Of a stretch of 64,000 nt of DNA, positions 9,350 through 19,975 are shown one piece after another. A model generated the notes under the pieces. The model did not search any database and was not told the origin of the DNA. It saw only the letters and a program-made list of their open reading frames with translations. This DNA comes from an uncultured Actinomycetota bacterium (GTDB lineage: Bacteria > Actinomycetota > Actinomycetes > Mycobacteriales > CADCTP01): positions 9,946,137 through 10,010,136 of the forward strand of contig OY970235.1 in assembly GCA_963714145.1 (NCBI GenBank). Reading direction: 5' to 3'. Each line of letters begins with the position of its first letter. Position 1 is the first letter of the stretch. Position numbers and translations under genes: made by a program.

Positions 9350-10383
9350 CGCTGCCGGCGCGGGTCGGCCCGCTCGGCCTGGGTTGCGCCCCGTTCGGCA
9401 ACCTCTACCGGGAGATCACCGACGAGCAGGCGGCCGAGACGTTCCGGACCGCCTGGGATCTCGGCGTGCGGCTGTTCGACGTGGCGCCGCACTACGGGCT
9501 CGGCCTGGCTGAGCGCCGGCTCGGCCGGCTGCTGACCGGCGTGCCGCGGGCGGACGTGATCGTCAGCACCAAGGTCGGCCGGCTGCTCGAACCGTACCCG
9601 GACGGGCGGGCCCGCCCGGACGCCGAGGGGTTCGCGGTGCGCTCGCCGCTGCGCCGGGTCCGCGACTACAGCGCCGACGGCGTGCGCCGCAGTGTCGAGT
9701 CCAGTTTGGACCGGCTCGGGCTGGATCGGCTGGACATAGCGCTGGTTCACGACCCGGACGAGCACGTCGAGCAGGCGTTGACCGGGGCGCTGCCGGCGCT
9801 GGCGCTACTGCGTGCCGAAGGCGTGGTCGGTGCGATCGGGGTCGGGATGAACCAGGTGGCCGGGCCCGAGCGGTTCGTCCGCGAGTCCGATGTGGACGTC
9901 CTGCTGGTGGCCGGCCGGTGGACGCTGCTGGACCGCAGCGCCGGCGCGACCCTGTTCCCGCTCTGCCAGCAGCGCGGGGTGAGCGTGCTGCTCGGCGGGG
10001 TGCTCAACTCCGGCCTGCTCGGCCAGGACCATCCGGACGGCTCGGCCACCTACGACTACCGGCCGGCGGCCCGGTCGGTGCTGGAGCGGGCGGCCGCGTT
10101 CGCCGCCGCCAGCCGCCGGCACGGCCTGCCGCTGGCCCGGGCCGCGACCGCGTTCGCCGCCCGGCATCCGGCGGTGACCTCCGTCCTGATCGGAGCGCGC
10201 ACGCCGGACGAGGTGCGGGCCGCGCACACCGCGCTGACCGAGCCGATCCCGGCCCGGATACTGGACGACATCGCCGCCGCACGGCCGGCCGACCCAGCCG
10301 CTGCGCGGCCGGGCGACCAGGCCGGCCCGCGGCCGGGTGACAGCGCCGCCGATGACCGGGCCGCCGCGCGGCCGGACGACTGA
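9346..10383 (+). CDS. Aldo/keto reductase (D-threo-aldose / L-fucose dehydrogenase-like)
   Basis: ATG 9346 overlaps the upstream stop; LGLGCAPFGNL, FDVAPHYGLGLAE, STKVGRLL, SLDRLGLDRLDIALVHDPD. Confidence 0.88.
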   Translation: MTLPARVGPLGLGCAPFGNLYREITDEQAAETFRTAWDLGVRLFDVAPHYGLGLAERRLGRLLTGVPRADVIVSTKVGRLLEPYPDGRARPDAEGFAVRSPLRRVRDYSADGVRRSVESSLDRLGLDRLDIALVHDPDEHVEQALTGALPALALLRAEGVVGAIGVGMNQVAGPERFVRESDVDVLLVAGRWTLLDRSAGATLFPLCQQRGVSVLLGGVLNSGLLGQDHPDGSATYDYRPAARSVLERAAAFAAASRRHGLPLARAATAFAARHPAVTSVLIGARTPDEVRAAHTALTEPIPARILDDIAAARPADPAAARPGDQAGPRPGDSAADDRAAARPDD

Positions 10384-10391
10384 GGAGACCC

Positions 10392-11243
10392 ATGCGGATC
10401 GTGACCGTGCAGCTGGACGGGGCCGAGCGGCTCGGCGTGCTGGCCGGCGACGAGGTGGCCGTCCCGGCCGCCGGGCCACGCGTCGCCGAGGAACTGCTGT
10501 CCGATGTGGACGCGGGCCTGGCCGCGCTGCGGTCGGCGACCCGGCGGGTGCCGGTCGGCTCGGTCCGGCTGCTGGCCCCGGTGCCGCGGCCGCGGAACAT
10601 CGTCTGCATCGGCAAGAACTACGCCGACCACGCCGCCGAGGGCGACGGCGAGCTGCCGGCCGAGCCGCTGATCTTCATGAAGCACACCGGCTCGGTGATC
10701 GGCCCGGCGGACCAGATCCGCTGGTCGACCGGGCTGGCGACGCAGGTCGACTGGGAGGCCGAGCTGGCGGTGGTGATCGGCCGCCGGGCCTGGCAGGTGC
10801 CGGCCGACCGGGCCCTCGACCACGTCCTGGGCTACACCTGCCTGAACGACGTCTCGGCGCGCGACCTGCAGTTCGGTGACGGGCAGTGGGTGCGCGGGAA
10901 GTCGCTGGCCACGTTCTGCCCGCTGGGCCCCGCCCTGGTCACCGCCGACGAGGTGGCCGACCCGCAGGCGCTGCCGATCCGCTGCCTGGTGAACGGCGTG
11001 ACCATGCAGTCGGCCAACACCAAGCAGATGGTGCATCCGGTCGCCGCGATCATCGCGCACTGCTCGGCCGCGTTCCCGCTGCTGCCCGGCGACGTGATCG
11101 CCACCGGAACCCCGTCCGGCGTCGGCGTCTTCCGCGACCCGCCGGTGCTGCTGGCCGACGGTGACGAGGTCACCGTCGAGATCGACGGGGTGGGCCGGCT
11201 GACCAACCGGTGCGTAGCCGGCCCAGCCCCTGCCGACCTTTAG
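10392..11243 (+). CDS. Fumarylacetoacetate hydrolase family protein
   Basis: CIGKNYADH, DWEAELAVVIG, NDVSARDLQ, WVRGKS, PGDVIATGTPSGVG. Confidence 0.92.
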   Translation: MRIVTVQLDGAERLGVLAGDEVAVPAAGPRVAEELLSDVDAGLAALRSATRRVPVGSVRLLAPVPRPRNIVCIGKNYADHAAEGDGELPAEPLIFMKHTGSVIGPADQIRWSTGLATQVDWEAELAVVIGRRAWQVPADRALDHVLGYTCLNDVSARDLQFGDGQWVRGKSLATFCPLGPALVTADEVADPQALPIRCLVNGVTMQSANTKQMVHPVAAIIAHCSAAFPLLPGDVIATGTPSGVGVFRDPPVLLADGDEVTVEIDGVGRLTNRCVAGPAPADL

Positions 11244-11244
11244 T

Positions 11245-12972
<1,728 letters not shown>

Positions 12973-13096
12973 GGGTTCCTCCCGGGTGGACGGTGGGTCG
13001 GGGTGGGCGTGGCGGCTGCCCGAGAGCCGCCACGAGGGTGTCCGATGTGGACAGCGGGCCGCCCCGGCAGTGCTGCCGGGGCGGCCCTGGTGCCGA

Positions 13097-14485
13097 TCAG
13101 CCGCGGTACTGGGCGAAGATCCGGGTGAAGTCCCAGGCTGCCTGGCCGATGCCGCTGCAACTGTCGGCCACGCCGCCGGTGCACGGCCGGTCCCGGTTCA
13201 CCGACCAGAACGTCAGCCGGGCCAGGTGGTGCTGCTGCGCGTAGGCCAGGATCGTCTGGAAGTTCGCCTGCGTGACGGTCTCCTGCACGTCGGTGATGCC
13301 GTTCATGGACGAGATACCGGAGTGCCGGTAGGCCGTGTCGGCCGAATAGCCGAACGCCGCCACCAGCCGGTTCTTCAGACCCTCGGTGGCCTGCACGGTC
13401 AGCGTGCCCATGTTCTGGCCGGCCCCGCCGAAGTCGAACGGCATGATGCTCCAGCCGTCCGCGGCGAACCCGCTGGCCGCCGCCCTGCCGATCATCGTGT
13501 TGTCCGGCCCGGACGGTCCACTCGGGAACGTCACGTAGATGTGCAGGCCCGGGTTGCTCGCCCGGACGATCTTCAACGCGTCCACGGTGCGCTGCTGGAT
13601 GGCCCCGTCGGCGTAGGCGTCGGTCTCGATGTCGATGTCGATCGCCCGCAGCGCGTACGCGTTGATCACCCGCTGGTACGCACCGGCCAGCGTCGCCGGC
13701 GTGGTGCAACTGCGCTCCAGCTTGTTGCCGGACGCGCCGCCGAAGGACGGCATCACGTCACCACCGCCGGCCCGGATCGAGTTGATGGTGGACTGGTCCA
13801 CCCCGCCGGTGAGCGCCCGGCCGCCGTCCCACTGCGGGTTGCAGGTGCCGTTGGAGAGGATGAACGCCATCGTGAACCAGCGGACGCCGGTCGCGTTCTG
13901 CACGGTGCGCGGGTCCGGCGGGTTGCCCCAGCCCTCGTACAGGTACGGCGCCACCTGCTCGCCGGCCACCCCGGTGGGCGGGGTGGTGGTGCCGCCCGTG
14001 GGCGCCGTCCACTTCTGGTTCGCGGCGCCGGTGCAGGTCCAGATCTGCAGCCGGGTGGCGTCGGCGGAGGAGTTGCCGGTGACGTCCAGACACTTGTTCG
14101 CCGCCGGGTTCACCAGGTCGCGGGCAGTGCTGTAGCGCCACTGCTGAGCGCCGGTGCCGTTGCAGTCGTACAACTGCACCTTGGCGCCGTCCGCGGTGGA
14201 GGCCGCGGTGACGTCCAGGCACTTGCCCAGCGCCCGGACGCTGCCGTCGGCCGCCATCGTCCAGCTCTGCGCGGCGGTCCCGTTGCAGGTGAACAACTGC
14301 ACGGCCGTGCCGTTCGCGGTGCTCGCGGCCGCCACGTCGACGCACTTGCCGGCCAGTCCGGTGATCTGGCCGACCGGGTCGGCGGCGCCGGCCGGCGTGG
14401 CGCCGGTCAGTACCGCGGCGGTGAGGCCGCCGGCGACCGCCAGGGTCGCCGCGGCGAGGACGCGGGCGGTTCGATGAAGTCTCAT
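13097..14485 (-). CDS. Secreted ricin-B (CBM13) + GH18 chitinase-like protein
   Basis: ATG 14485 overlaps the upstream stop; signal peptide; QxW ricin repeats; SFGGA and AIDIDIE (DxDxE) GH18 motifs. Confidence 0.88.
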   Translation of the reverse strand: MRLHRTARVLAAATLAVAGGLTAAVLTGATPAGAADPVGQITGLAGKCVDVAAASTANGTAVQLFTCNGTAAQSWTMAADGSVRALGKCLDVTAASTADGAKVQLYDCNGTGAQQWRYSTARDLVNPAANKCLDVTGNSSADATRLQIWTCTGAANQKWTAPTGGTTTPPTGVAGEQVAPYLYEGWGNPPDPRTVQNATGVRWFTMAFILSNGTCNPQWDGGRALTGGVDQSTINSIRAGGGDVMPSFGGASGNKLERSCTTPATLAGAYQRVINAYALRAIDIDIETDAYADGAIQQRTVDALKIVRASNPGLHIYVTFPSGPSGPDNTMIGRAAASGFAADGWSIMPFDFGGAGQNMGTLTVQATEGLKNRLVAAFGYSADTAYRHSGISSMNGITDVQETVTQANFQTILAYAQQHHLARLTFWSVNRDRPCTGGVADSCSGIGQAAWDFTRIFAQYRG

Positions 14486-14862
14486 GCGCTCGGGACCGTC
14501 CACTTCTGGTTGGCCGCGCCGGTGCAGGTCCAGATCTGCAGCCGGGTGGCGTCGGCGGAGGAGTTGCCGGTGACGTCCAGACACTTGTTCGAGGCCACGT
14601 TCACCAGGTCGCGCCCGGCGGTCGCGCTCCAGGACTGGGCCCCGGTGCCGTTGCAGTCGAACAACTGCACCTTGGCACCGTCCGCGGTGGACGCCGCGGT
14701 GACGTCCAGGCACTTGCCCAGCGCCCGCACGGTCCCGTCGGTGCCCATCGTCCACTGCTGCGCCGCGCTGCCGTTGCAGCCGAACAGCTGCACGGCGGCG
14801 CCGTTCGCGGTCGAGCCGCCGGCCACGTCCACGCACTTACCGGCCAGCCCGGTGATCTGCCC
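14008..14862 (-). repeat. Two highly similar ricin-B coding segments (about 14008-14371 and 14498-14862) in adjacent genes
   Basis: GQITGLAGKCVDVA...RALGKCLDVTAASTADGAKVQL...NKCLDVTGNSSADATRLQIWTCTGAANQKWT shared; 491-bp offset with no indels seen. Confidence 0.85.
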
Positions 14863-16384
14863 GGTACGCGCGCCGCCGCCGGCCTGGGTGCCGGACCAGG
14901 TGAAGGTCGCGGTCGTCTTGGTCGGCAGGTTGTACGCGAACGACTGGCCGCCCCAGTTCACCCGAACCGTCTGCGCGCTGCCGGTGTCGTTGTAGGCGAC
15001 CAGTGCCTTGGAGCCGTCCGGGTTGATCCAGGCCACGTTCGGCACGCTGGTGTTCGCGGTGGAGGCGATCCGGAACGCGCCGGGCTTGACGAACTTCGTC
15101 AGGTGGCCCATCGAGTAGTACTCGATCGTGTAGTCGACCTGCCCGCTCCGGCCGTCTCCATTGTGGACGGTGATCAGGCCGGTGCAGGTGCCGCAGCCGC
15201 CGTCGTGCGGGCCCATGTTCTGGTCCACCGCGAGGCTCCACTTGGTCACCGTGCGGCCCCAGTTGCGGGTGTAGTCGACGATGTTGCGCATGTCCTCCTG
15301 CTGCTGGTTGACGATCCAGGTGCCGCCGGAGTGCTCGGTGTCGAACGCGCTCACCGCCGGGAACTGGTTGTGGATCGTCGTCTGCAGCGCGACGTCACCG
15401 CCGTAGCCGTGCCAGGCGATGCCGCCGAACAGCGGGTCGTTGCGCAGCGCGGCGTCGTTCAGCGGAACCGAGCCGAAGTCGTCGTAGTTGCTCCAGTTCC
15501 AGTCCAGCACGAGTACCTTGGTGTTGATCCCGGCGGCCCGGAACGCCGGCAGCAGGTTGCTGCGCAGGAAGAAGTCCAGCCCGTTGCCGTTCCAGTTCAT
15601 CGACGCGTAGCCGGCGCAGCAGGTCGGCTCGTTCTGCGGGGAGACGTAGTCGATCGGCACCCCCTGGGCCTGGTACGCCTGGATGTACTTGACGAAGTAC
15701 TGGGCGTACGCGGGGTAGTACTGCGACTCGAGCCAGCCGCCGACGACGTTGTCGTTGTCCTTCATCCACGGCGGCGCGCTCCACGGCACCGCCATCACCT
15801 TGAGGTTCGGGTTCAGCGACCGGGCCTGCTTGGTCAGCGGCAGCACGTCGGCCAGGTCGTGCGCAATGGAGAACCGGGCCAGGCCCGGGTCGGTCTGCCC
15901 GGCCGGCATGTCGTCGTAGGAGTAGTTGAACCGGGCCAGGTCGGACGAGCCCATCGGGTTGCGCAGCCAGGCCAGGCCGATGCCGGCGGTCGGGCTGAAC
16001 AGCTTGGTCATGGTGTCGTTGCGGGTGGCCGCCGACAGCGCGCCGCTGCTGTTCATCAGCCAGGCGGCGGTGTCGGTGAACGAGGCACCGGCACCGATGA
16101 ACTGCTGGTAGCGGGTGTTCTCGTCGACGCTGATGTTCTGGCCGCTGCCGCCGGTACCCGCGCTGAACGCGATCGGCGCCTGCTGCTGCAGGCCGCGGGT
16201 GACGTGCCGGCCGGCGGCGTCGTCGGTGCGTGGTGAGCCAGATGTTGACCGTCTCGCCGGCGGCGCCCGCCGGCGCCGGTTGCACGATCAGCAGGCCGGC
16301 CGCGCCCAGCAGGGCGGCGGCTCCGGCCGCGGCGAGCGGGCGCGTCCGGGGTCTGCCGCGTGGGGACGCGAAGGACAAGGCCAT
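14482..16384 (-). pseudogene. GH30 (beta-1,6-glucanase/glucosylceramidase-like) + ricin-B; one extra base near 16228 splits the frame (pseudogene or sequencing error)
   Basis: MALSF... signal peptide to GETVNIWLTT in one frame; ACC ACG [C] ACC GAC GAC rejoins the frame with YQQFIGAGASFTD...PQNEP...FDTEHSGG of ORF 14482..16056. Confidence 0.85.
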
Positions 16385-16510
16385 GCGACTCCGCCTTTCA
16401 ACCTGGGGATGGCGGGCAGCGGGGAACCGCCCGGCCACTCCTTGCGGGATGGACGAGGCGAACGCGCGGCAGCGGAACCGGGGCGCGACCGACCGCCGAT
16501 CGGCAATGCC

Positions 16511-16554
16511 TTAGTTCAAGACGTGTTTTAACCTGCCGGCTATGCCCGCGTCAA
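16511..16554 (-). promoter_or_regulatory. Putative promoter of the glycanase operon (TTGACG N18 TAAAAC)
   Basis: AT-rich patch; -35 at 16554-16549, -10 at 16530-16525. Confidence 0.45.
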
Positions 16555-16714
16555 GCACGGGACGCAGCGTCACTGGGCCGGCCGGCGGACCAACCTTGCG
16601 GCCGGACAGGCGCCGGACACGACGGCGGCCGGCGGCGCAGAGCGCCACCGGCCGCCGCGGGCGGGGTTTCAGTCGACTACATCGGACGGTGTGCTGACCA
16701 GGGTGGTGCCGAGC

Positions 16715-17053
16715 TCAGGTGTCGAGATCATCCGTCGCCTGCAGTTGCTGCAGATAGGTGTCCAGCCGGTCGTGGCTCGCCGCCCAGAACTGCCGGTAGC
16801 CGTCGGCCCATTCGGTGACCTGCCGCAGCGGTGCCGCGTCCAGCCGGCACGGGCGGCGCTGCGCCTCCCGGCCGCGGCTGATCAGCCCGGCTCGCTCCAG
16901 CACCCGCAGGTGCTTGGAGACCGCCGGCCCGCTCATCGCGAACGGCGCGGACAGTTCCTTCACCGTCGCCGGCCCGGTGGCCAGCCGGGCCAGGATCGCC
17001 CGCCGGGTCGGATCGGCCAGCGCGGCGAACGTCGTGCTCAGGGTATCCGGCAT
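16715..17053 (-). CDS. ArsR/SmtB-family transcriptional regulator
   Basis: FAALADPTRRAILARL...SKHLRVLERAGLI.RGR.AQ.RPCRL. Confidence 0.9.
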   Translation of the reverse strand: MPDTLSTTFAALADPTRRAILARLATGPATVKELSAPFAMSGPAVSKHLRVLERAGLISRGREAQRRPCRLDAAPLRQVTEWADGYRQFWAASHDRLDTYLQQLQATDDLDT

Positions 17054-17056
17054 AAG

Positions 17057-17086
17057 GAACCAATCAGTTAGATAACCTTGCGGTTA
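17057..17086. promoter_or_regulatory. Tandem (T)AACC-N4-(G)GTTA palindromes, probable ArsR autoregulatory operator
   Basis: TAACCTTGCGGTTA (17073-17086) and GAACCAATCAGTTA (17057-17070) immediately upstream of the ArsR start. Confidence 0.5.
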
Positions 17087-17137
17087 GATAATCTGATCGG
17101 CGGCCCGGTGTCAAGCCGGCCGCCGCGCCGGGCCAGG

Positions 17138-17893
17138 ATGGGCGGGGTGAGCGTCGAGCCGGTGACGGTGACCGCGACCCGCCCGGTGCGGCCGCCGTTG
17201 CTGGTGCAGCGCTGGCACGATCTGGCCTTCCTGCACTGGCCGGCGCCGCCCGCGGTGGTCGCGCCGTTCCTGCCGGCCGGCACCCGGCCGGACACGCTGG
17301 ACGGGGTCACCTACATCGGGCTGATCGGGTTCCGGATGGTCCGGCTCGGGCTGCTGGCCGGGCCCGGCCTGCCCTACCTGGGCACGTTCTGCGAGACGAA
17401 CGTCCGGCTGTACTCGGTGGACCGGGCCGGCCGGCGCGGCGTGGTGTTCCTGTCCCTGGACGCGTCCCGGCTGCTGCCGGTGCTGGTGGCGCAGGCCAGC
17501 CTGCGGCTGCCGTACCGGTGGGCGCGGATGCGGCTGGACGTCGACGGGCCGGTCTTCCGGTACACCGCCCGGCGCCGCCGGGGCACCCGGCCGACCAACC
17601 GGATGGCGGTCCGGGCCGGCGCCCCGATCGCCGCGCCGAGCCCACTGGAACACTTCGTCACCGCCCGCTGGGGCCTGCACGTCCGGGCGTACGGCCGCAC
17701 CCGGTACCTGCCGAACGTCCATCCACAGTGGACGCTGCACCGGGCGGAACTGCTCGACCTGGACGACCGGTTGGTGGCCGCCACCGGCCTGCCGGCCCCC
17801 GCGGGCGCGCCGGCCAGCGTGCTCTACTCGCCCGGCGTGCCGGTCCGCTTCGGCCGCCCGATCAGTGTCGACCGGGAAGGATCAGCATCGTGA
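17138..17893 (+). CDS. YqjF / DUF2071 family protein
   Basis: QRWHDLAFLHW, FCETNVRLYS, GVVFLSLDA, FVTARWGL, HPQW. Confidence 0.85.
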   Translation: MGGVSVEPVTVTATRPVRPPLLVQRWHDLAFLHWPAPPAVVAPFLPAGTRPDTLDGVTYIGLIGFRMVRLGLLAGPGLPYLGTFCETNVRLYSVDRAGRRGVVFLSLDASRLLPVLVAQASLRLPYRWARMRLDVDGPVFRYTARRRRGTRPTNRMAVRAGAPIAAPSPLEHFVTARWGLHVRAYGRTRYLPNVHPQWTLHRAELLDLDDRLVAATGLPAPAGAPASVLYSPGVPVRFGRPISVDREGSAS

Positions 17894-18501
17894 CGCTCAA
17901 CCTGGACGGCCTCCCGCTGCCGGCGTCCACCCGGCAGCAGTTCGACTTCCTGGTCACCGCGCACCGGTTGACCTCGGTCGCCCGGGTGAACCGGCTGACC
18001 GACGGCAGCCGGGCCGAGAGCAGCGCCGAGCACAGCTGGCACCTGGCGCTGATGGCGCTGGTGCTCGCCGCCGACCACGCCGCCGGCATCGACCTGGGCC
18101 GGGTGCTGACGATGCTGGTCATCCACGACCTGGTCGAGGTCGAGGTGGGCGATGTGCCGATCTACGACGAGCAGCGGCGGGTCGACATCGTGGCGCTGGA
18201 GCACGCCGCGGCGGCCCGGCTGTTCGGCCGGCTGCCCGCCGCCGAGGTCGACCTGCTCGCGCTGTGGACCGAGTTCGAGGACGCGCGGACCGACGACGCC
18301 CGGTTCGCCCGCGCGGTGGACCGGCTGCAGCCGCTGCTGATGCACTGCGCCTCGGACGGCGCGGCCTGGGCCGAGCGGCGCATCACGGTCGGCCAGGAAC
18401 GCCGGTTGATGGCCATGATCGCCGACTTCTGGCCGTCCCTCGGCCCGGTCGCCGACGCCCTGATCGCCGACGCGCACCGGCGCGGCCTGCTGGCCGACTG
18501 A
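17890..18501 (+). CDS. HD-domain hydrolase (HD_3/YfbR-like nucleotidase)
   Basis: GTG 17890 overlaps the upstream stop; ESSAEHSWH, HDLVE, FARAVDRLQP. Confidence 0.85.
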   Translation: MTLNLDGLPLPASTRQQFDFLVTAHRLTSVARVNRLTDGSRAESSAEHSWHLALMALVLAADHAAGIDLGRVLTMLVIHDLVEVEVGDVPIYDEQRRVDIVALEHAAAARLFGRLPAAEVDLLALWTEFEDARTDDARFARAVDRLQPLLMHCASDGAAWAERRITVGQERRLMAMIADFWPSLGPVADALIADAHRRGLLAD

Positions 18502-18571
18502 CCACACTGGACGGTTCGGCCGGCCGGCAACCCGCCGGACGGGGCCGCCCGCGTTCGCTAGCCTGGACGGG

Positions 18572-19897
18572 TTGTCCGAGCCAGCTGGAAGGATCTTGTC
18601 GGTGAGCGGTTACCTACCGACCACGCCGTACCGCGGAACCCGGGACTTCCTCCCGGACGAGATGTCGGTGCGGCAGCAGGTCTTCCATCGGCTCTACGAG
18701 GTGGTGGAGCGGTACGGGTACGTCCGGTACGACGGGCCGATCCTGGAGTCGGCGGAGATCTACGAGGCCAAGTCCGGCCGGGAGATCGCCGAGCAGCAGC
18801 TCTACTCGCTCACCGACCGGGCCGACCGCCGGCTGGCGCTGCGCCCGGAGATGACCCCGTCGGTGGCCCGGATCATCGCCGGGCATGCCAGCGAGCTGCA
18901 GTTCCCGGTGCGCTGGTACTGCCACGTGAACTGCCACCGGTACGAGCGGCCGCAGCGTGGCCGGGTGCGCGAGCACTGGCAGATCAACGTCGACATCTTC
19001 GGCTCGGACAGCGCCAACAGCGAGCTGGAGATGTTCGAGCTGATCCACGACATGATGGGCGCGGTCGGCGCCACCCGGGACATGTACCTGCTGCGCGCGA
19101 ACGACCGCACCCTGCTCGGCAGCATGCTCACCGACCTGGTCGGCATCCCGGCCGACCAGGTGCGCGCCGTCTCCTCCGTCCTGGACCGCTGGGCCAAGTA
19201 CCCGCGGGCCGAACTGCTCGCCAGCGCGGTCGAGATCGGCGTCACCGAGCGGCAGTTCGAGCGGCTCGAGGAGGTGCTCAAGGCGGACGAGCAGATCGTC
19301 GCGGAGCTGCCGGCCGAGGTCCGGGCCGGCTCGCCGCTGGCCCAGATCCTGGCCACCGACGCGCGCGAGCTGGTGGTGTTCGACCCGTTGATCGTGCGCG
19401 GGCTGGAGTACTACACCGGCACCGTGTTCGAGGTCTTCGACACCGATCCGGCGAACAACCGTTCGCTGTTCGGTGGCGGCCGGTACGACGACCTGGTCGG
19501 CATCTTCGCCAGCCAGCGCATCCCCGCGGTCGGCTTCGCGATGGGCGACGTGACCCTGTTCGACTTCCTCGGCACGCACGGGCTGCTGCCCGCGCCGGCC
19601 GCGGAGTACGAGGTGATCGTCGCGCCGCTGGAGGAGAGCCTGCTTCCGGTCGCCCGGGAGATCGCCCGCGACCTGCGGGCCGCCGGCCACCGCACCTCGG
19701 TGCCGCTGGAGCCGCGCCGGCTGGGCAAGGAGCTCAAGCGGGCCGACCGGGCCGGCGCCCGCGCCGTCGTGATCGTCGGCCCGGAGGACTGGGCCCGGGC
19801 CGAGGTCAGCGTCCGTGACCTCAGCAGCCGGGACCAGCTGACCGTCCCCCGGGCCGAGGTCACCGCCGCGGTCGGCCGGCTGCTGCGGCCGTCCTGA
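18572..19897 (+). CDS. hisS: Histidine--tRNA ligase (start may be GTG 18602)
   Basis: RGTRDFLP, LALRPEMTPSVAR, RYERPQRGR.RE, VRGLEYYTG.VFE, GGGRYDDL, AVGFAMG and an anticodon-binding domain. Confidence 0.93.
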   Translation: MSEPAGRILSVSGYLPTTPYRGTRDFLPDEMSVRQQVFHRLYEVVERYGYVRYDGPILESAEIYEAKSGREIAEQQLYSLTDRADRRLALRPEMTPSVARIIAGHASELQFPVRWYCHVNCHRYERPQRGRVREHWQINVDIFGSDSANSELEMFELIHDMMGAVGATRDMYLLRANDRTLLGSMLTDLVGIPADQVRAVSSVLDRWAKYPRAELLASAVEIGVTERQFERLEEVLKADEQIVAELPAEVRAGSPLAQILATDARELVVFDPLIVRGLEYYTGTVFEVFDTDPANNRSLFGGGRYDDLVGIFASQRIPAVGFAMGDVTLFDFLGTHGLLPAPAAEYEVIVAPLEESLLPVAREIARDLRAAGHRTSVPLEPRRLGKELKRADRAGARAVVIVGPEDWARAEVSVRDLSSRDQLTVPRAEVTAAVGRLLRPS

Positions 19898-19903
19898 CCG
19901 CGA

Positions 19904-19940
19904 TCCACTCCGGACGTCCACAGTGGACGTCCGGAGTGGA
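19904..19940. terminator. Perfect 37-bp palindrome (18-1-18) between convergent genes, centred on TCCACAGTGGA
   Basis: TCCACTCCGGACGTCCAC-A-GTGGACGTCCGGAGTGGA; no U-tract, so terminator function is inferred only. Confidence 0.6.
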
Positions 19941-19975
19941 CGCCTGGCGGTGGAACCGGCGGGCGGCCGCGGCGG

